Shown piece after piece: positions 47,422 through 56,473 of a stretch of DNA of 64,000 nucleotides; the first letter of the stretch is position 1, and every line of letters begins with the position of its first letter. Source of the DNA: an uncultured Candidatus Binatia bacterium (lineage in GTDB: Bacteria > Desulfobacterota > Binatia > Bin18); the NCBI GenBank assembly GCA_965242605.1, contig CBDESS010000004.1:321157-385156 (forward strand), in the 5' to 3' direction. A program made the position numbers and the translations under genes. The notes under the pieces were generated by a model. The model had not been told where the DNA came from. It worked only from the letters and a program-made list of their open reading frames with translations, and ran no database searches.

Positions 47422-49091
47422 TTGACCTTCGCCGGCTTTCCGAGCAGCGTGGTGGCTAATCCGCCGCCGCCGCTCGGCACGGCCACATACTGCCGCCCGT
47501 CAAGCTTGTAGGTCACTGGCTGTCCGCGCACGCCCGAGCCGGTCTGGAAGCGCCACAGCAGCTCGCCAGTCTCGGCGTCAAAGGCCAGGGCATAGCCGGC
47601 CTGATTGCCGCTGAAGACCAGACCGCCGGCCGTGGCCAGCGTTCCGCCGACCAGGGGATAGTCGTCCTTGTACTGCCATTTGATCGCGCCGGTCGAGGGA
47701 TCGATGGCCGACAGGTGGCCGTAGGATGAGCCGTCGTCACCCTGGGTTGCACCCGGACCGCCGCCCCAGTAGGGAATCCCCTGGACAAAGACAGCGGCCG
47801 CTTTGCGCATCTCCATACAGCTCTCAATCACCGGCACATACAGCAGAGCCGTCCGCGGGCTGTAGGCCGCGGACACCGAGCCGTTCTGGCCCCCGGCCGC
47901 GCCCGGACAGATAAACTCTTGGGGCTCTGGGGTGGGGACATAGCGGGGGTCAACAATTGGGCGGCCGGTCTCGTCTAAACCCTTGGCCCAGTTCAGCTGA
48001 TCGACATATTGGGTGGCGTGCAGATATTCCCCGGTGGCCCGGTTGAGCACATACAGATAGCCATTGCGGTTGGGCTGAACGATCGCCTTGATCGTCTTGC
48101 CGCTGCGGACGACATCGACTAGCAGCAGGCCGGTATTGCCGTCGTAGTCCCAGATATCGTGGGGGGTGAACTGAAAATGCCATTTGATCTGACCGGTCTG
48201 GGGGTTCAGGGCCAGCACTGCGCTGGAATACAGGTTATCGCCCTCCCGTACATCCCCGTTCCAGTCGGGGCCGGGGTTGCCTGCCGCCCAGTACAAGATG
48301 TCTCGGTCCGCATCGTAGGAGCCGGTGACCCAGGTCGCACCGCCGCCGCTCTTCCACGAGTCGCCGGCCCAGGTCTCGTTGCCCGGCTCTCCCTCGCCGG
48401 GAATCGTGTAGCGCCGCCAGCGCCGTTGGCCGGTCTTGGCGTCATAGGCGTCCAAAAACCCCCGCACGCCATAGTCGCCGCCGGCAATACCGACGATCAC
48501 CAGGTCTTTGACCACCAGCGGTGCGCCAGTGCTGCTATAGCCCCGGTGATATTGTTCAATCTCCACATTCCACACCACCTCGCCCGTCTTGCGGTCCAGG
48601 GCAAGCAGGCGGGCGTCCAAGGTACCCATATACAGAGTGTCATCCGCAATCGCCACGCCCCGGTTGCCCGGACCGCAGCACAGGCGGGCATCGCTCGGCA
48701 TGGTGTGGTCGTATCTCCACAGGACCTCGCCCGTCCTGGCGTCAAGCGCATAGACGTGGTTGTAGGCGGCCGAGACGTACATCACCCCGTCGGCGACAAT
48801 GGGAGCGGCCTGAAACTGATATGGAATCCCGGTCTGGAAGACCCAGGCGGGGCTGAGTTTTTTGACGTTCTCCCGGTCAATGTCGGTCAGCGGGCTAAAG
48901 CGGGTGTTGTCATAGTTGCCGCCATACATCAGCCAGTCACGAGACTCGGCTGTGCCGGTCAGCAATCGCTCTTGGGTGACCGGTTTCAGCGCAGAGGCAG
49001 CAGTACCAGGTGTGGTGTCAGCGGCATGAACCGCCAGCGGTAGCAGCAGATGGCTGATAAGCAGGACTTGAGATAGGCACCAGGATCGCAT
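47379..49091 (-). CDS. PQQ-dependent alcohol dehydrogenase 2, lanthanide-type motif
   Basis: Signal peptide, RFSPLTDID, CCGPGNRG, GGDYGVRG, AGNPGP, HDIWDYDG. Confidence 0.93.
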   Translation of the reverse strand: MRSWCLSQVLLISHLLLPLAVHAADTTPGTAASALKPVTQERLLTGTAESRDWLMYGGNYDNTRFSPLTDIDRENVKKLSPAWVFQTGIPYQFQAAPIVADGVMYVSAAYNHVYALDARTGEVLWRYDHTMPSDARLCCGPGNRGVAIADDTLYMGTLDARLLALDRKTGEVVWNVEIEQYHRGYSSTGAPLVVKDLVIVGIAGGDYGVRGFLDAYDAKTGQRRWRRYTIPGEGEPGNETWAGDSWKSGGGATWVTGSYDADRDILYWAAGNPGPDWNGDVREGDNLYSSAVLALNPQTGQIKWHFQFTPHDIWDYDGNTGLLLVDVVRSGKTIKAIVQPNRNGYLYVLNRATGEYLHATQYVDQLNWAKGLDETGRPIVDPRYVPTPEPQEFICPGAAGGQNGSVSAAYSPRTALLYVPVIESCMEMRKAAAVFVQGIPYWGGGPGATQGDDGSSYGHLSAIDPSTGAIKWQYKDDYPLVGGTLATAGGLVFSGNQAGYALAFDAETGELLWRFQTGSGVRGQPVTYKLDGRQYVAVPSGGGGLATTLLGKPAKVNQGSALVVFALPAS

Positions 49092-49231
49092 GGTTCTCCC
49101 CTATGGTTGGGCAGGCCCGTGTTGATTTCGCCGATAGGGCTACAGAGCCGGCCGGCAACCTACTGGCTTTTCCGAACAGGGTCAAGGCAAAAGCGCCCGA
49201 CAGGCGGTTTGCAGCCCCCCGGAGCCTGTGT

Positions 49232-49573
49232 TTACTCCCAGCTTTTCCACATCTGCGGACAGTATCCCACTGTCGCCTGTTTGCCATTGCGCACGACCGG
49301 GGTGTTGAACAGCAGGGGCTCTTTGAGCAGCACGGTCTCAATCCGCCCGGAATCCAGCGAGGCGTGGGCCAGACCCCGGTCAACGAAGCGCTGGCTGGAG
49401 CGGTTGAGGAGTTGGGTGAGCGGGACGCTGGCCGCAACCGAGCGCAGTTCGCCTTTTGACAGGCCCTTGTCGGCCAGATCGACGAATTGAAAACGAATCC
49501 GGCGCTCTTTGAAAAAACGCTGGGCTTTGCGTGTCTCGGCGCATTTTTTGAGACCAAAAATTTGGATATTCAT
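49232..49573 (-). CDS. ArsC/Spx/MgsR family protein
   Basis: IQIFGLKKCAETRKAQRFFKER, PLLFNTPVVRNG...TVGY. Confidence 0.88.
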   Translation of the reverse strand: MNIQIFGLKKCAETRKAQRFFKERRIRFQFVDLADKGLSKGELRSVAASVPLTQLLNRSSQRFVDRGLAHASLDSGRIETVLLKEPLLFNTPVVRNGKQATVGYCPQMWKSWE

Positions 49574-49770
49574 CGGCTCCTCGTCCTCATGTGATGCGAG
49601 AGCGACTCGTGTATCAGAAATACCGGGCCAGCATACGCCCCTGCACTTATGGCTTGACTTTTTGGTCGAAATAGCTCATGCTCTGGTCAGCTTGATTCTC
49701 GCCTGTGGACAAATCTGTCTGCATAGGCTAAGTGTGATGCACAGTTCAGCCCAAAAAGGAGGTCTCAACC

Positions 49771-49848
49771 GTGGAATGGACGATGCCTGATTTCGAAGAA
49801 GTCCGGATGGACGCCGAAGTGAGCATGTACATTTTTATCTCGGAGTAG
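49771..49848 (+). CDS. pqqA: PQQ precursor peptide
   Basis: AAGGAGGT RBS, GTG start, MEWTMPDFEEVRMDAEVSMYIFISE with an E-x3-Y core, immediately upstream of pqqB; absent from the ORF track. Confidence 0.9.
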   Translation: MEWTMPDFEEVRMDAEVSMYIFISE

Positions 49849-49871
49849 CTCCGAGCAGTCCGCCTTGCTGC

Positions 49872-49905
49872 AAACGGGCTTCCCCGGCTACGGAGAAGCC
49901 CGTTT
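49872..49905 (+). terminator. Hairpin between pqqA and pqqB (attenuator/terminator-like)
   Basis: AAACGGGCTT...AAGCCCGTTT inverted repeat. Confidence 0.7.
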
Positions 49906-49935
49906 CTGTATCCATTATATCATAAGGAAGAGCGT

Positions 49936-50856
49936 GTGCGGGTCCATGTCCTAGGCTCCGGGGCCGGAGGCGGCTTTCCCCAATGGAATTGCAACTGCCC
50001 AAACTGCCGCAATTTCCGGGCCGGCACAGTCAAGGCCCGAGCCAGAACGCAAGCCTCAATTGCCGTTAGCGCCGACGGCCAGGGCTGGTATCTCATCAAT
50101 GCCGGCCCCGATATCCGTCAGCAGATTCAGGCCTTCCCCGCCCTTGAGCCGGCCCACAGCCCGCGTCACACGCCCATCTCTGCCATCCTGTTGACCAACG
50201 CCGAAATTGACCATGTCGCCGGTCTCTTATCGCTCAGGGAGTCACAGCCCCTCAGCCTGTACGCCAGTCACCAGGTCCGGGGCTGGCTGCTGGAGACGAA
50301 TGCCATGTTCCGGACGGTGTGCGCCCCCCCGCGCTGCACATGGCACAGCCTCAAGTATGGCGCTGCCCACGACCTTATCGGGGTCAAGGGCACACCGAGC
50401 GGGATGAGCTATGAGGCCTTTGTCGTTCCCGGCCGAGCGCCGGCCTATCTGTTGGGCCGCGTGTCGGACTGGAGCGAGGCGTCGGTCGGCTACAAAATTA
50501 TCGATCGCCACGGCGGCCGCTCGCTGGTCTATGTGCCGGGCCTCAAGGCCCTGGACGATAGCGTGTTGGCCTACCTCCAGCACTGTGATACCTTCTTTTT
50601 AGACGGCACCTGCTGGACCGACGACGAAATGATCGGCGTCGGCCTAGCCCAAAAAACGTCGGTATCAATGGGCCACATCCCGATGACGGGACCGAACGGT
50701 AGCCTTGAGCAGCTGGCCAGCTTAGGCAATGTGCGTAAAATCTACACCCATCTGAACAATACCAACCCTGTCCTCATTGAGGACTCAACTCAACGGCGGA
50801 CGGTTGAAGCGGCCGGCTGGGAAGTAGCCTTCGATGGCATGGACTTTGAGGTGTAA
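49936..50856 (+). CDS. pqqB: PQQ biosynthesis protein B
   Basis: VLGSGAGGGFPQWNCNCPNC, RTQASIAVS, LTNAEIDHVAGL, HLNNTNP, DGMDFEV. Confidence 0.96.
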   Translation: MRVHVLGSGAGGGFPQWNCNCPNCRNFRAGTVKARARTQASIAVSADGQGWYLINAGPDIRQQIQAFPALEPAHSPRHTPISAILLTNAEIDHVAGLLSLRESQPLSLYASHQVRGWLLETNAMFRTVCAPPRCTWHSLKYGAAHDLIGVKGTPSGMSYEAFVVPGRAPAYLLGRVSDWSEASVGYKIIDRHGGRSLVYVPGLKALDDSVLAYLQHCDTFFLDGTCWTDDEMIGVGLAQKTSVSMGHIPMTGPNGSLEQLASLGNVRKIYTHLNNTNPVLIEDSTQRRTVEAAGWEVAFDGMDFEV

Positions 50857-50859
50857 GCC

Positions 50860-51600
50860 GTGAGCACAACGCAAGCACAACAGCTGTGGAGCCGGGAAGC
50901 ATTCATTGAACGCCTGCGCGCGGTGGGCGAGGCCGGCTACCACGATGCCCATCCGTTTCATGTCCTGATGCACGAGGGTAAGCTGACCGAGCGGCAGCTC
51001 CAGGCCTGGATTGAGAACCGTTTTTACTATCAGACGATCATTCCCAGAAAAGACGCGGCCATTATGGCCCGTATTGAGGACCCGGCGGTGCGGCGGGCCT
51101 GGATTCAGCGCATCCTTGACCACGACGGCACGCCCGACAATCCCGATGGCGGGATTCATAAATGGCTCGTCCTAGGCGAGGCGGCCGGGCTCAAGCCGCA
51201 CGACCTGATCGCCCTGCGCTATGTGCTGCCCGGCGTGCGCTTTGCGGTCGATGCCTATCTGAGCTATGTCAAAGACCACTCCCTGATGGAGGCCGTCGCC
51301 TCGTCGCTGACCGAACTGTTCGCCCCGACGCTGATGGCCAGACGCCTGCCGGCCTTTGAACGGCACTACCCGTGGGTCAAGCAGCAGGGCTTGGAGTATT
51401 TTCGAGCTCGCCTGAGCCAGGCACCGCGCGACGTTGAGTTTGGCCTTGCGTATGTGATTCAAGCGTGCAAAACGCGCGAGCAGCAAGAGCAGGCCATTCT
51501 CGCCCTCAAAACCAAGTGTCATATTCTGTGGTGCCTACTTGACGCCGTCCATTTTGCGTATGTCTCCCCCGGCTTGCTGCCGCCGCTGTGGGGGGAATAG
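50860..51600 (+). CDS. pqqC: PQQ synthase
   Basis: [44 protein letters not shown]. Confidence 0.96.
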   Translation: MSTTQAQQLWSREAFIERLRAVGEAGYHDAHPFHVLMHEGKLTERQLQAWIENRFYYQTIIPRKDAAIMARIEDPAVRRAWIQRILDHDGTPDNPDGGIHKWLVLGEAAGLKPHDLIALRYVLPGVRFAVDAYLSYVKDHSLMEAVASSLTELFAPTLMARRLPAFERHYPWVKQQGLEYFRARLSQAPRDVEFGLAYVIQACKTREQQEQAILALKTKCHILWCLLDAVHFAYVSPGLLPPLWGE

Positions 51601-51608
51601 GTGCGCGT

Positions 51609-51890
51609 ATGGCTGACCCGCACGACACTTGGCGTCCCCGGCTGGCCGCAAAAGCCCGTCTGCGGTGGGATAGGATCGAGCAGCAACACATGCTGATGTT
51701 TCCCGAAGCGGCCCTCAAGCTGAACGCCACCGCCGCCGAGGTGCTCAAGCTGTGTGACGGTGAGCGGACCGTAGGCCAGATCGTTGATGCCCTGCTGGAA
51801 CAGTTCTCTACCGCCGACCGCCAAGTGGTTGAAGACAACGTCAGGCAGCTCTTGACCCGCATTCGCAGCCGCGGGCTCCTGGAGGTCTAG
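51609..51890 (+). CDS. pqqD: PqqA-binding chaperone (RRE domain)
   Basis: RLRWDRIEQQHMLMFPE..LKLNATAAEVLKLCDG. Confidence 0.94.
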   Translation: MADPHDTWRPRLAAKARLRWDRIEQQHMLMFPEAALKLNATAAEVLKLCDGERTVGQIVDALLEQFSTADRQVVEDNVRQLLTRIRSRGLLEV

Positions 51891-52993
51891 TGCCCGCCCC
51901 ACGTCCCTACACCCTGGTCGCCGAGCTGACCTACCGCTGTCCGCTCAGGTGTCTGTACTGCTCCAACCCGCTTGCGTTCCACGCCATGCAAGACGAACTC
52001 AGCACCGAGCAGTGGTGCCAGACGTTTACGGACGCGGCCGCACTCGGCGTTGTCCAAGTCCATCTGTCGGGCGGCGAACCGCTAGTCCGCCACGATATGC
52101 CGGCCTTGATTCGGCACGCGCGGCAGTGTGATCTGTACACCAACCTGATCACCGGCGGGACGCTGCTGAACGAGGCCAAGCTGAAAGAACTGCGCGACTG
52201 CGGCCTGGAGCATATTCAGCTCAGCCTCCAGGACACCCGGCGTGGGCCGGCTGAGCGGGTGGCCGGCCTCAGGTCATATGACAAGAAACTCGAGGTAGCC
52301 CGGCTGATTACCCGGCTCGGCTACCCGCTAACGATTAACGTGGTCCTGCACAGTCTGAATATCGAGCGCGTGCCCGCGCTGATTCGCCAGGCGGCCGAGC
52401 TGGGTGCCCAGCGGCTTGAGTTGGCCAATACCCAGTACTACGCCTGGGCGTTGGAGAACCGCCGGGCCCTGCTGCCGCCCCGTGACCAATACGAACGCGC
52501 CGAGGCTATCGCACGGCACGCGCGGAAAAAGTACAAAGGCGTACTGGAGATTGCCTTTGTCAAAATCGACTACTATGAAGACGCGCCCAAGGCCTGCTCA
52601 GGCGGCTGGGCCCGCAGCTATATGTGCATCACACCGACCGGCGAAGTCCTGCCCTGCCACGCCGCGCACGCAATTGAGCAGCTGCGGTTTGAGAGCGTCA
52701 AAAACCGGCCGCTGACCGAAATCTGGTCCGACTCGCCAGGGCTGAACGCCTTTCGCGGCTCCGACTGGATGCAGGAGCCGTGTCGCAGCTGTCCGCGGCG
52801 AGAGCAGGATTTTGGCGGGTGTCGGTGCCAGGCCTTTCTGCTGACCGGCGACGCCGCGGCAACCGACCCGGTGTGCAAACTCTCCCCGCGGCATGAGGTC
52901 GTGGTGCAAGCCGCGGCCGAGCCGGTGGAGGACGGGCCGCATCTGGTCTACCGCGATAGGAAAAACAGCCAGCGTTTGTCGGCCCGCTCATGA
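51890..52993 (+). CDS. pqqE: PqqA cyclase, radical SAM/SPASM
   Basis: LVAELTYRCPLRCLYCSNP, ELANTQYYAWA, C.GGW, LPCH, DFGGCRCQAF. Confidence 0.96.
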   Translation: MPAPRPYTLVAELTYRCPLRCLYCSNPLAFHAMQDELSTEQWCQTFTDAAALGVVQVHLSGGEPLVRHDMPALIRHARQCDLYTNLITGGTLLNEAKLKELRDCGLEHIQLSLQDTRRGPAERVAGLRSYDKKLEVARLITRLGYPLTINVVLHSLNIERVPALIRQAAELGAQRLELANTQYYAWALENRRALLPPRDQYERAEAIARHARKKYKGVLEIAFVKIDYYEDAPKACSGGWARSYMCITPTGEVLPCHAAHAIEQLRFESVKNRPLTEIWSDSPGLNAFRGSDWMQEPCRSCPRREQDFGGCRCQAFLLTGDAAATDPVCKLSPRHEVVVQAAAEPVEDGPHLVYRDRKNSQRLSARS

Positions 52994-53077
52994 GTGACAA
53001 GCCACACCACACCTCGCAGTCATCCCATTCGCCAGCCAGGCCCGGCGGCAGACTTGGCGGTCCAAAGGAGGAACAGA

Positions 53078-53632
53078 GTGGGTGATGATGACCGCCCGGC
53101 CAAGAAGAGATCATCACCTACTTTGCACGGCGTGGACCCCGCTGTTCTTGTCATGGGCGGGCTGACCCTGGCCCTGGTCGGCTGGGCATTTGTCAAAGGG
53201 CCGGACTTGCCGCTCAAAGGCGTTCAGGCCAGCCTGGAGCTGTTCCGAGGCGTCTGGCTGCCGCTGCTGCTCGGATTTTGCCTGGCCGGATTTTTCAACG
53301 TCCTGGTTCCCCGCGAACTGCTCGTCAAGTGGATGGGCGATCAAGCCGGGTTTCGCGGCATCCTGATTGCCTGGCTGATCGGTCTGCTCATGCCGGGCGG
53401 CCCCTACATTGTCTTTCCCATCGCCGCCTCCCTCCTCAAGCAGGGCGTCGCCGTCGGCCCCCTGCTGGCCTTTATTACGGCCAAGGCCCTGCTCTCGCCA
53501 ACCCGGCTGTTGAGCTGGGAAGTGCCCTTCCTGGGCTGGCCGTTTGTGGCCGCACGGGCGATTCCGAGCCTGCTTCTTCCCCCGCTCATCGGCCTGATTG
53601 GCCAGCGCCTGTTTCAGCTGTTTTCCAAATAA
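53078..53632 (+). CDS. Predicted permease (DUF318-like membrane protein)
   Basis: Hydrophobic helices, PGGPYIVFPIAASLLKQG...LLAFITA; AAGGAGG RBS before GTG 53078. Confidence 0.7.
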   Translation: MGDDDRPAKKRSSPTLHGVDPAVLVMGGLTLALVGWAFVKGPDLPLKGVQASLELFRGVWLPLLLGFCLAGFFNVLVPRELLVKWMGDQAGFRGILIAWLIGLLMPGGPYIVFPIAASLLKQGVAVGPLLAFITAKALLSPTRLLSWEVPFLGWPFVAARAIPSLLLPPLIGLIGQRLFQLFSK

Positions 53633-53637
53633 CCGCC

Positions 53638-54972
53638 TCACCTGCCCATGTGGGCCTGGAGGGCCAAGAGGCCGCTCCCGGCCTGGACAGCGACCAGGTT
53701 TTTGAGCGGCACTATCACCATATTGCTCTCAGCCTCAATCCGGCCTATCCGCTCTTCGATCTGGGCCCGGATTTCATCCGCCCGCGCCCGCTCACCGGCG
53801 TCCCTGGCCAGCCGGTAGACCTGGCCCAGATACAGGGCGGGATGCAGAGTGCGGCATACCAGCGCGTCAAACGCCTGGGCTGTGGTGGCCTCTTCGGCAT
53901 AGGCCGGCTCTTGGAGCTGTTTGTGCTGGGCGGCCAGTCGTTTCGGCGTCCGTCGAACATAGTCGGCCACCGAGCGAAACAGCCGGTTGGCAGGGACCTT
54001 ATCCTGCAAGGCTGAGAAATGGGCCTCAATCAGCCCGACGGTCTCGTGCGTGCGCCGCAGGCCCTCAGCCAGCGCATCACGCCGTGACCGCCCACTCGGA
54101 GAGCGGTCAGCCAGGGCCGGGTCGGTGAAATACGGCAGCTCACACACCAGGGTCAGGGCGTCGGGCACCCGCTCTTGCAGATAGTCGGCCGAGCTGGTCC
54201 CGGTCAGGATAGACGCCGCCGGGTCTCCGCCGAGGTTTTTGAGCAGATAGTCGTAGCTGTCCCGGACGCTGAAAAACGGATACACCGCCCGGGCCCAGGG
54301 CCGGAGATAGGGCACTTCAGGCTCACCCTGGTGGAGCGCCAGGCCCTGGGCCGCCACCAACCGGTGCAACTGCCCAAACAGGGCCGGCAGACACCGCGAG
54401 GCGTAAAAATAGACGCCGCAGAAACTGGCGTTATGCAGCGAGTAACACAAGCCGGGCCGATAGTCCTCCATCAGCCGCATCAGGACCTGGGTCTCTGCCG
54501 ACGGGGCAGAAAAGTGCAAGGTCTTATAGTCAACAGGAAAGCCCCACTCGACCTGCTCGGCCTGGGCCGGCCGGTAATAGTGCAGCGCATAGCGGAGCGG
54601 AGAGAACGCGCCTTTGAGCCAGCCGACATTGAGCGCCAGCCCATCGGGGTCCGCCACTTTGACGATCAGAAAGGTCGTATCGAGCTGCCGGCGCATATCG
54701 TGGCGCTCACACAGCAGCCGGCTCAAAAAGTCGAGGCTCAGCGTTCCGACCGGCTCGTTGGGATGGGGCACGCCGAACAGCAGCGCCGTCCGCGAGCCGT
54801 GGCCGATGGTCAGCAGTTCAATCGGGCGTCCGTCCGTTGATATCCCAAGCTGGCGCAGGTGGGCCAAGTCTGGAAACTCTTTGACGAGCTGCACCGAACT
54901 GTGGTGGAGCTCGTCGGGCGACAAAAACTCCTGGTAGTCGGGAATGGTGCGCAACACACCGTTGATATCCAT
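53638..54972 (-). CDS. M14 zinc carboxypeptidase family protein
   Basis: GISTDGRPI, HPNEPVG (HxxE), ADPDG, YSLHN. Confidence 0.88.
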   Translation of the reverse strand: MDINGVLRTIPDYQEFLSPDELHHSSVQLVKEFPDLAHLRQLGISTDGRPIELLTIGHGSRTALLFGVPHPNEPVGTLSLDFLSRLLCERHDMRRQLDTTFLIVKVADPDGLALNVGWLKGAFSPLRYALHYYRPAQAEQVEWGFPVDYKTLHFSAPSAETQVLMRLMEDYRPGLCYSLHNASFCGVYFYASRCLPALFGQLHRLVAAQGLALHQGEPEVPYLRPWARAVYPFFSVRDSYDYLLKNLGGDPAASILTGTSSADYLQERVPDALTLVCELPYFTDPALADRSPSGRSRRDALAEGLRRTHETVGLIEAHFSALQDKVPANRLFRSVADYVRRTPKRLAAQHKQLQEPAYAEEATTAQAFDALVCRTLHPALYLGQVYRLARDAGERARADEIRAQIEERIGRIEAESNMVIVPLKNLVAVQAGSGLLALQAHMGR

Positions 54973-55099
54973 ATCTCTCTACCCATGCCCCAAGCCGGCC
55001 GGCAGGTCAATGCGTAGCCCGCGCCTGCTTGACACACCAGAGGGAATCGTGTTTGTCTTCGGCCTCCAGAATGCGCTTGCAGGAAAGCTCTCCGCCTCC

Positions 55100-56380
55100 A
55101 TGAGTATGTCCCACTCCCCCCCGGCCCAAGCCGAGACCAGCTTCGTGCGTTTTCTGAAAACCCTCGGTCCGGGACTGTTGTTCGCCAGTACTGCAATCGG
55201 CGTCTCCCACCTCGTGCAGTCCACACGCGCCGGGGCCAGCTACGGCTACGCCCTGCTGTGGGCAATCGTCGTGGCCAACCTACTCAAATATCCGGCCTTT
55301 GAGTCCGCCCCACGCTATACCAACGCCACCGGCGAGAGTCTGATAGACGGCTATCTGCGCCTCGGCAAATGGATGCTGTATGTGTATCTGCTGATTACCA
55401 TCGCCCCGATGTTTATCATCAGCGCGGCAATCGGCTTCACCACCGCCGGACTGCTGAATAATCTGTTGGGTCTGCACATCTCCGCGGCGACAACCGCCCT
55501 GTTTCTGCTCGCCGTGTGTGTCGCGGTCCTCTTGGTCGGAGAGTACAGCCTGCTTGACCATCTCATCAAGATAATCTGTGTCGTCCTTTTTGTGTCCACG
55601 CTTGTCGCCTTCATCCTGACCGTGACGCGCGGCCCGGTCGCGTCAGTTCCATTCTATTCGTCCGAAATCTGGACCGCCTCGGGTTTCGCGTTTTTGATCG
55701 CACTGATGGGCTGGATGCCGGCCCCGGTCGATCTGTCGGCCTGGAACAGCCTGTGGACCCTGGAGCGCATCAGGCAGACCAACTATCGGCCGGCTCTGAG
55801 CGAAACCCTGCTGGAGTTCAGGCTCGGCTATGTCATGACCGCTCTTCTGGCGGTGTGTTTCATGACCCTGGGCGCGTTCATCATGTACGGTTCGGAGCAG
55901 GCATTCTCCCATCAGAGCGGCACCCAATTCACCAACCAGGTCGTGCGGCTGTATACCGCCACGCTGGGCGACTGGAGTTATGTGATTATTGCCGCGTCCG
56001 CCTTTTCGGTCATGTTCAGCACCGCCCTCGTCGTACTTGACGGCTATGCACGGGCGATGGAACGGACGTGTGCGCTGCTGTTTTTGAGCGGCCAGGGGAG
56101 CCGGCGGATGTATAACCTGTGGGTGGTGGTCAGCGCGATTGGAGCCTATTGGATGATCGCCTGGTTTCTGACCAGCTTTACCCGCCTGGTTGACCTGGCC
56201 ACGATCATATCGTTTCTGGTTGCCCCGATTCTGGCCACAGCCAACTACAAGCTGGTGGCTGGCACTCACCTGCCCCACGACGCCCGCCCGCCGGACTGGC
56301 TGCGGCTGCTGGGCGTGATTGGGATCATCTTTCTAAGCATTTTCAGCCTGCTCTACGCCGCCATGCGGCTGCTGGCTTGA
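55100..56380 (+). CDS. NRAMP-like/APC-superfamily membrane transporter
   Basis: LGPGLLFASTAIGVSHLVQSTRAGASYG, GWMPAP, MFST...DGYAR; multiple TM helices. Confidence 0.8.
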   Translation: MSMSHSPPAQAETSFVRFLKTLGPGLLFASTAIGVSHLVQSTRAGASYGYALLWAIVVANLLKYPAFESAPRYTNATGESLIDGYLRLGKWMLYVYLLITIAPMFIISAAIGFTTAGLLNNLLGLHISAATTALFLLAVCVAVLLVGEYSLLDHLIKIICVVLFVSTLVAFILTVTRGPVASVPFYSSEIWTASGFAFLIALMGWMPAPVDLSAWNSLWTLERIRQTNYRPALSETLLEFRLGYVMTALLAVCFMTLGAFIMYGSEQAFSHQSGTQFTNQVVRLYTATLGDWSYVIIAASAFSVMFSTALVVLDGYARAMERTCALLFLSGQGSRRMYNLWVVVSAIGAYWMIAWFLTSFTRLVDLATIISFLVAPILATANYKLVAGTHLPHDARPPDWLRLLGVIGIIFLSIFSLLYAAMRLLA

Positions 56381-56473
56381 ACGAACCGTACCGGGCCAGC
56401 CTGTTGACTTTTGATTTTTGCCCCTTCTTATCATATATGTTACTCCACAAGGGCAAGAAGGGAAGCAGAGCCT

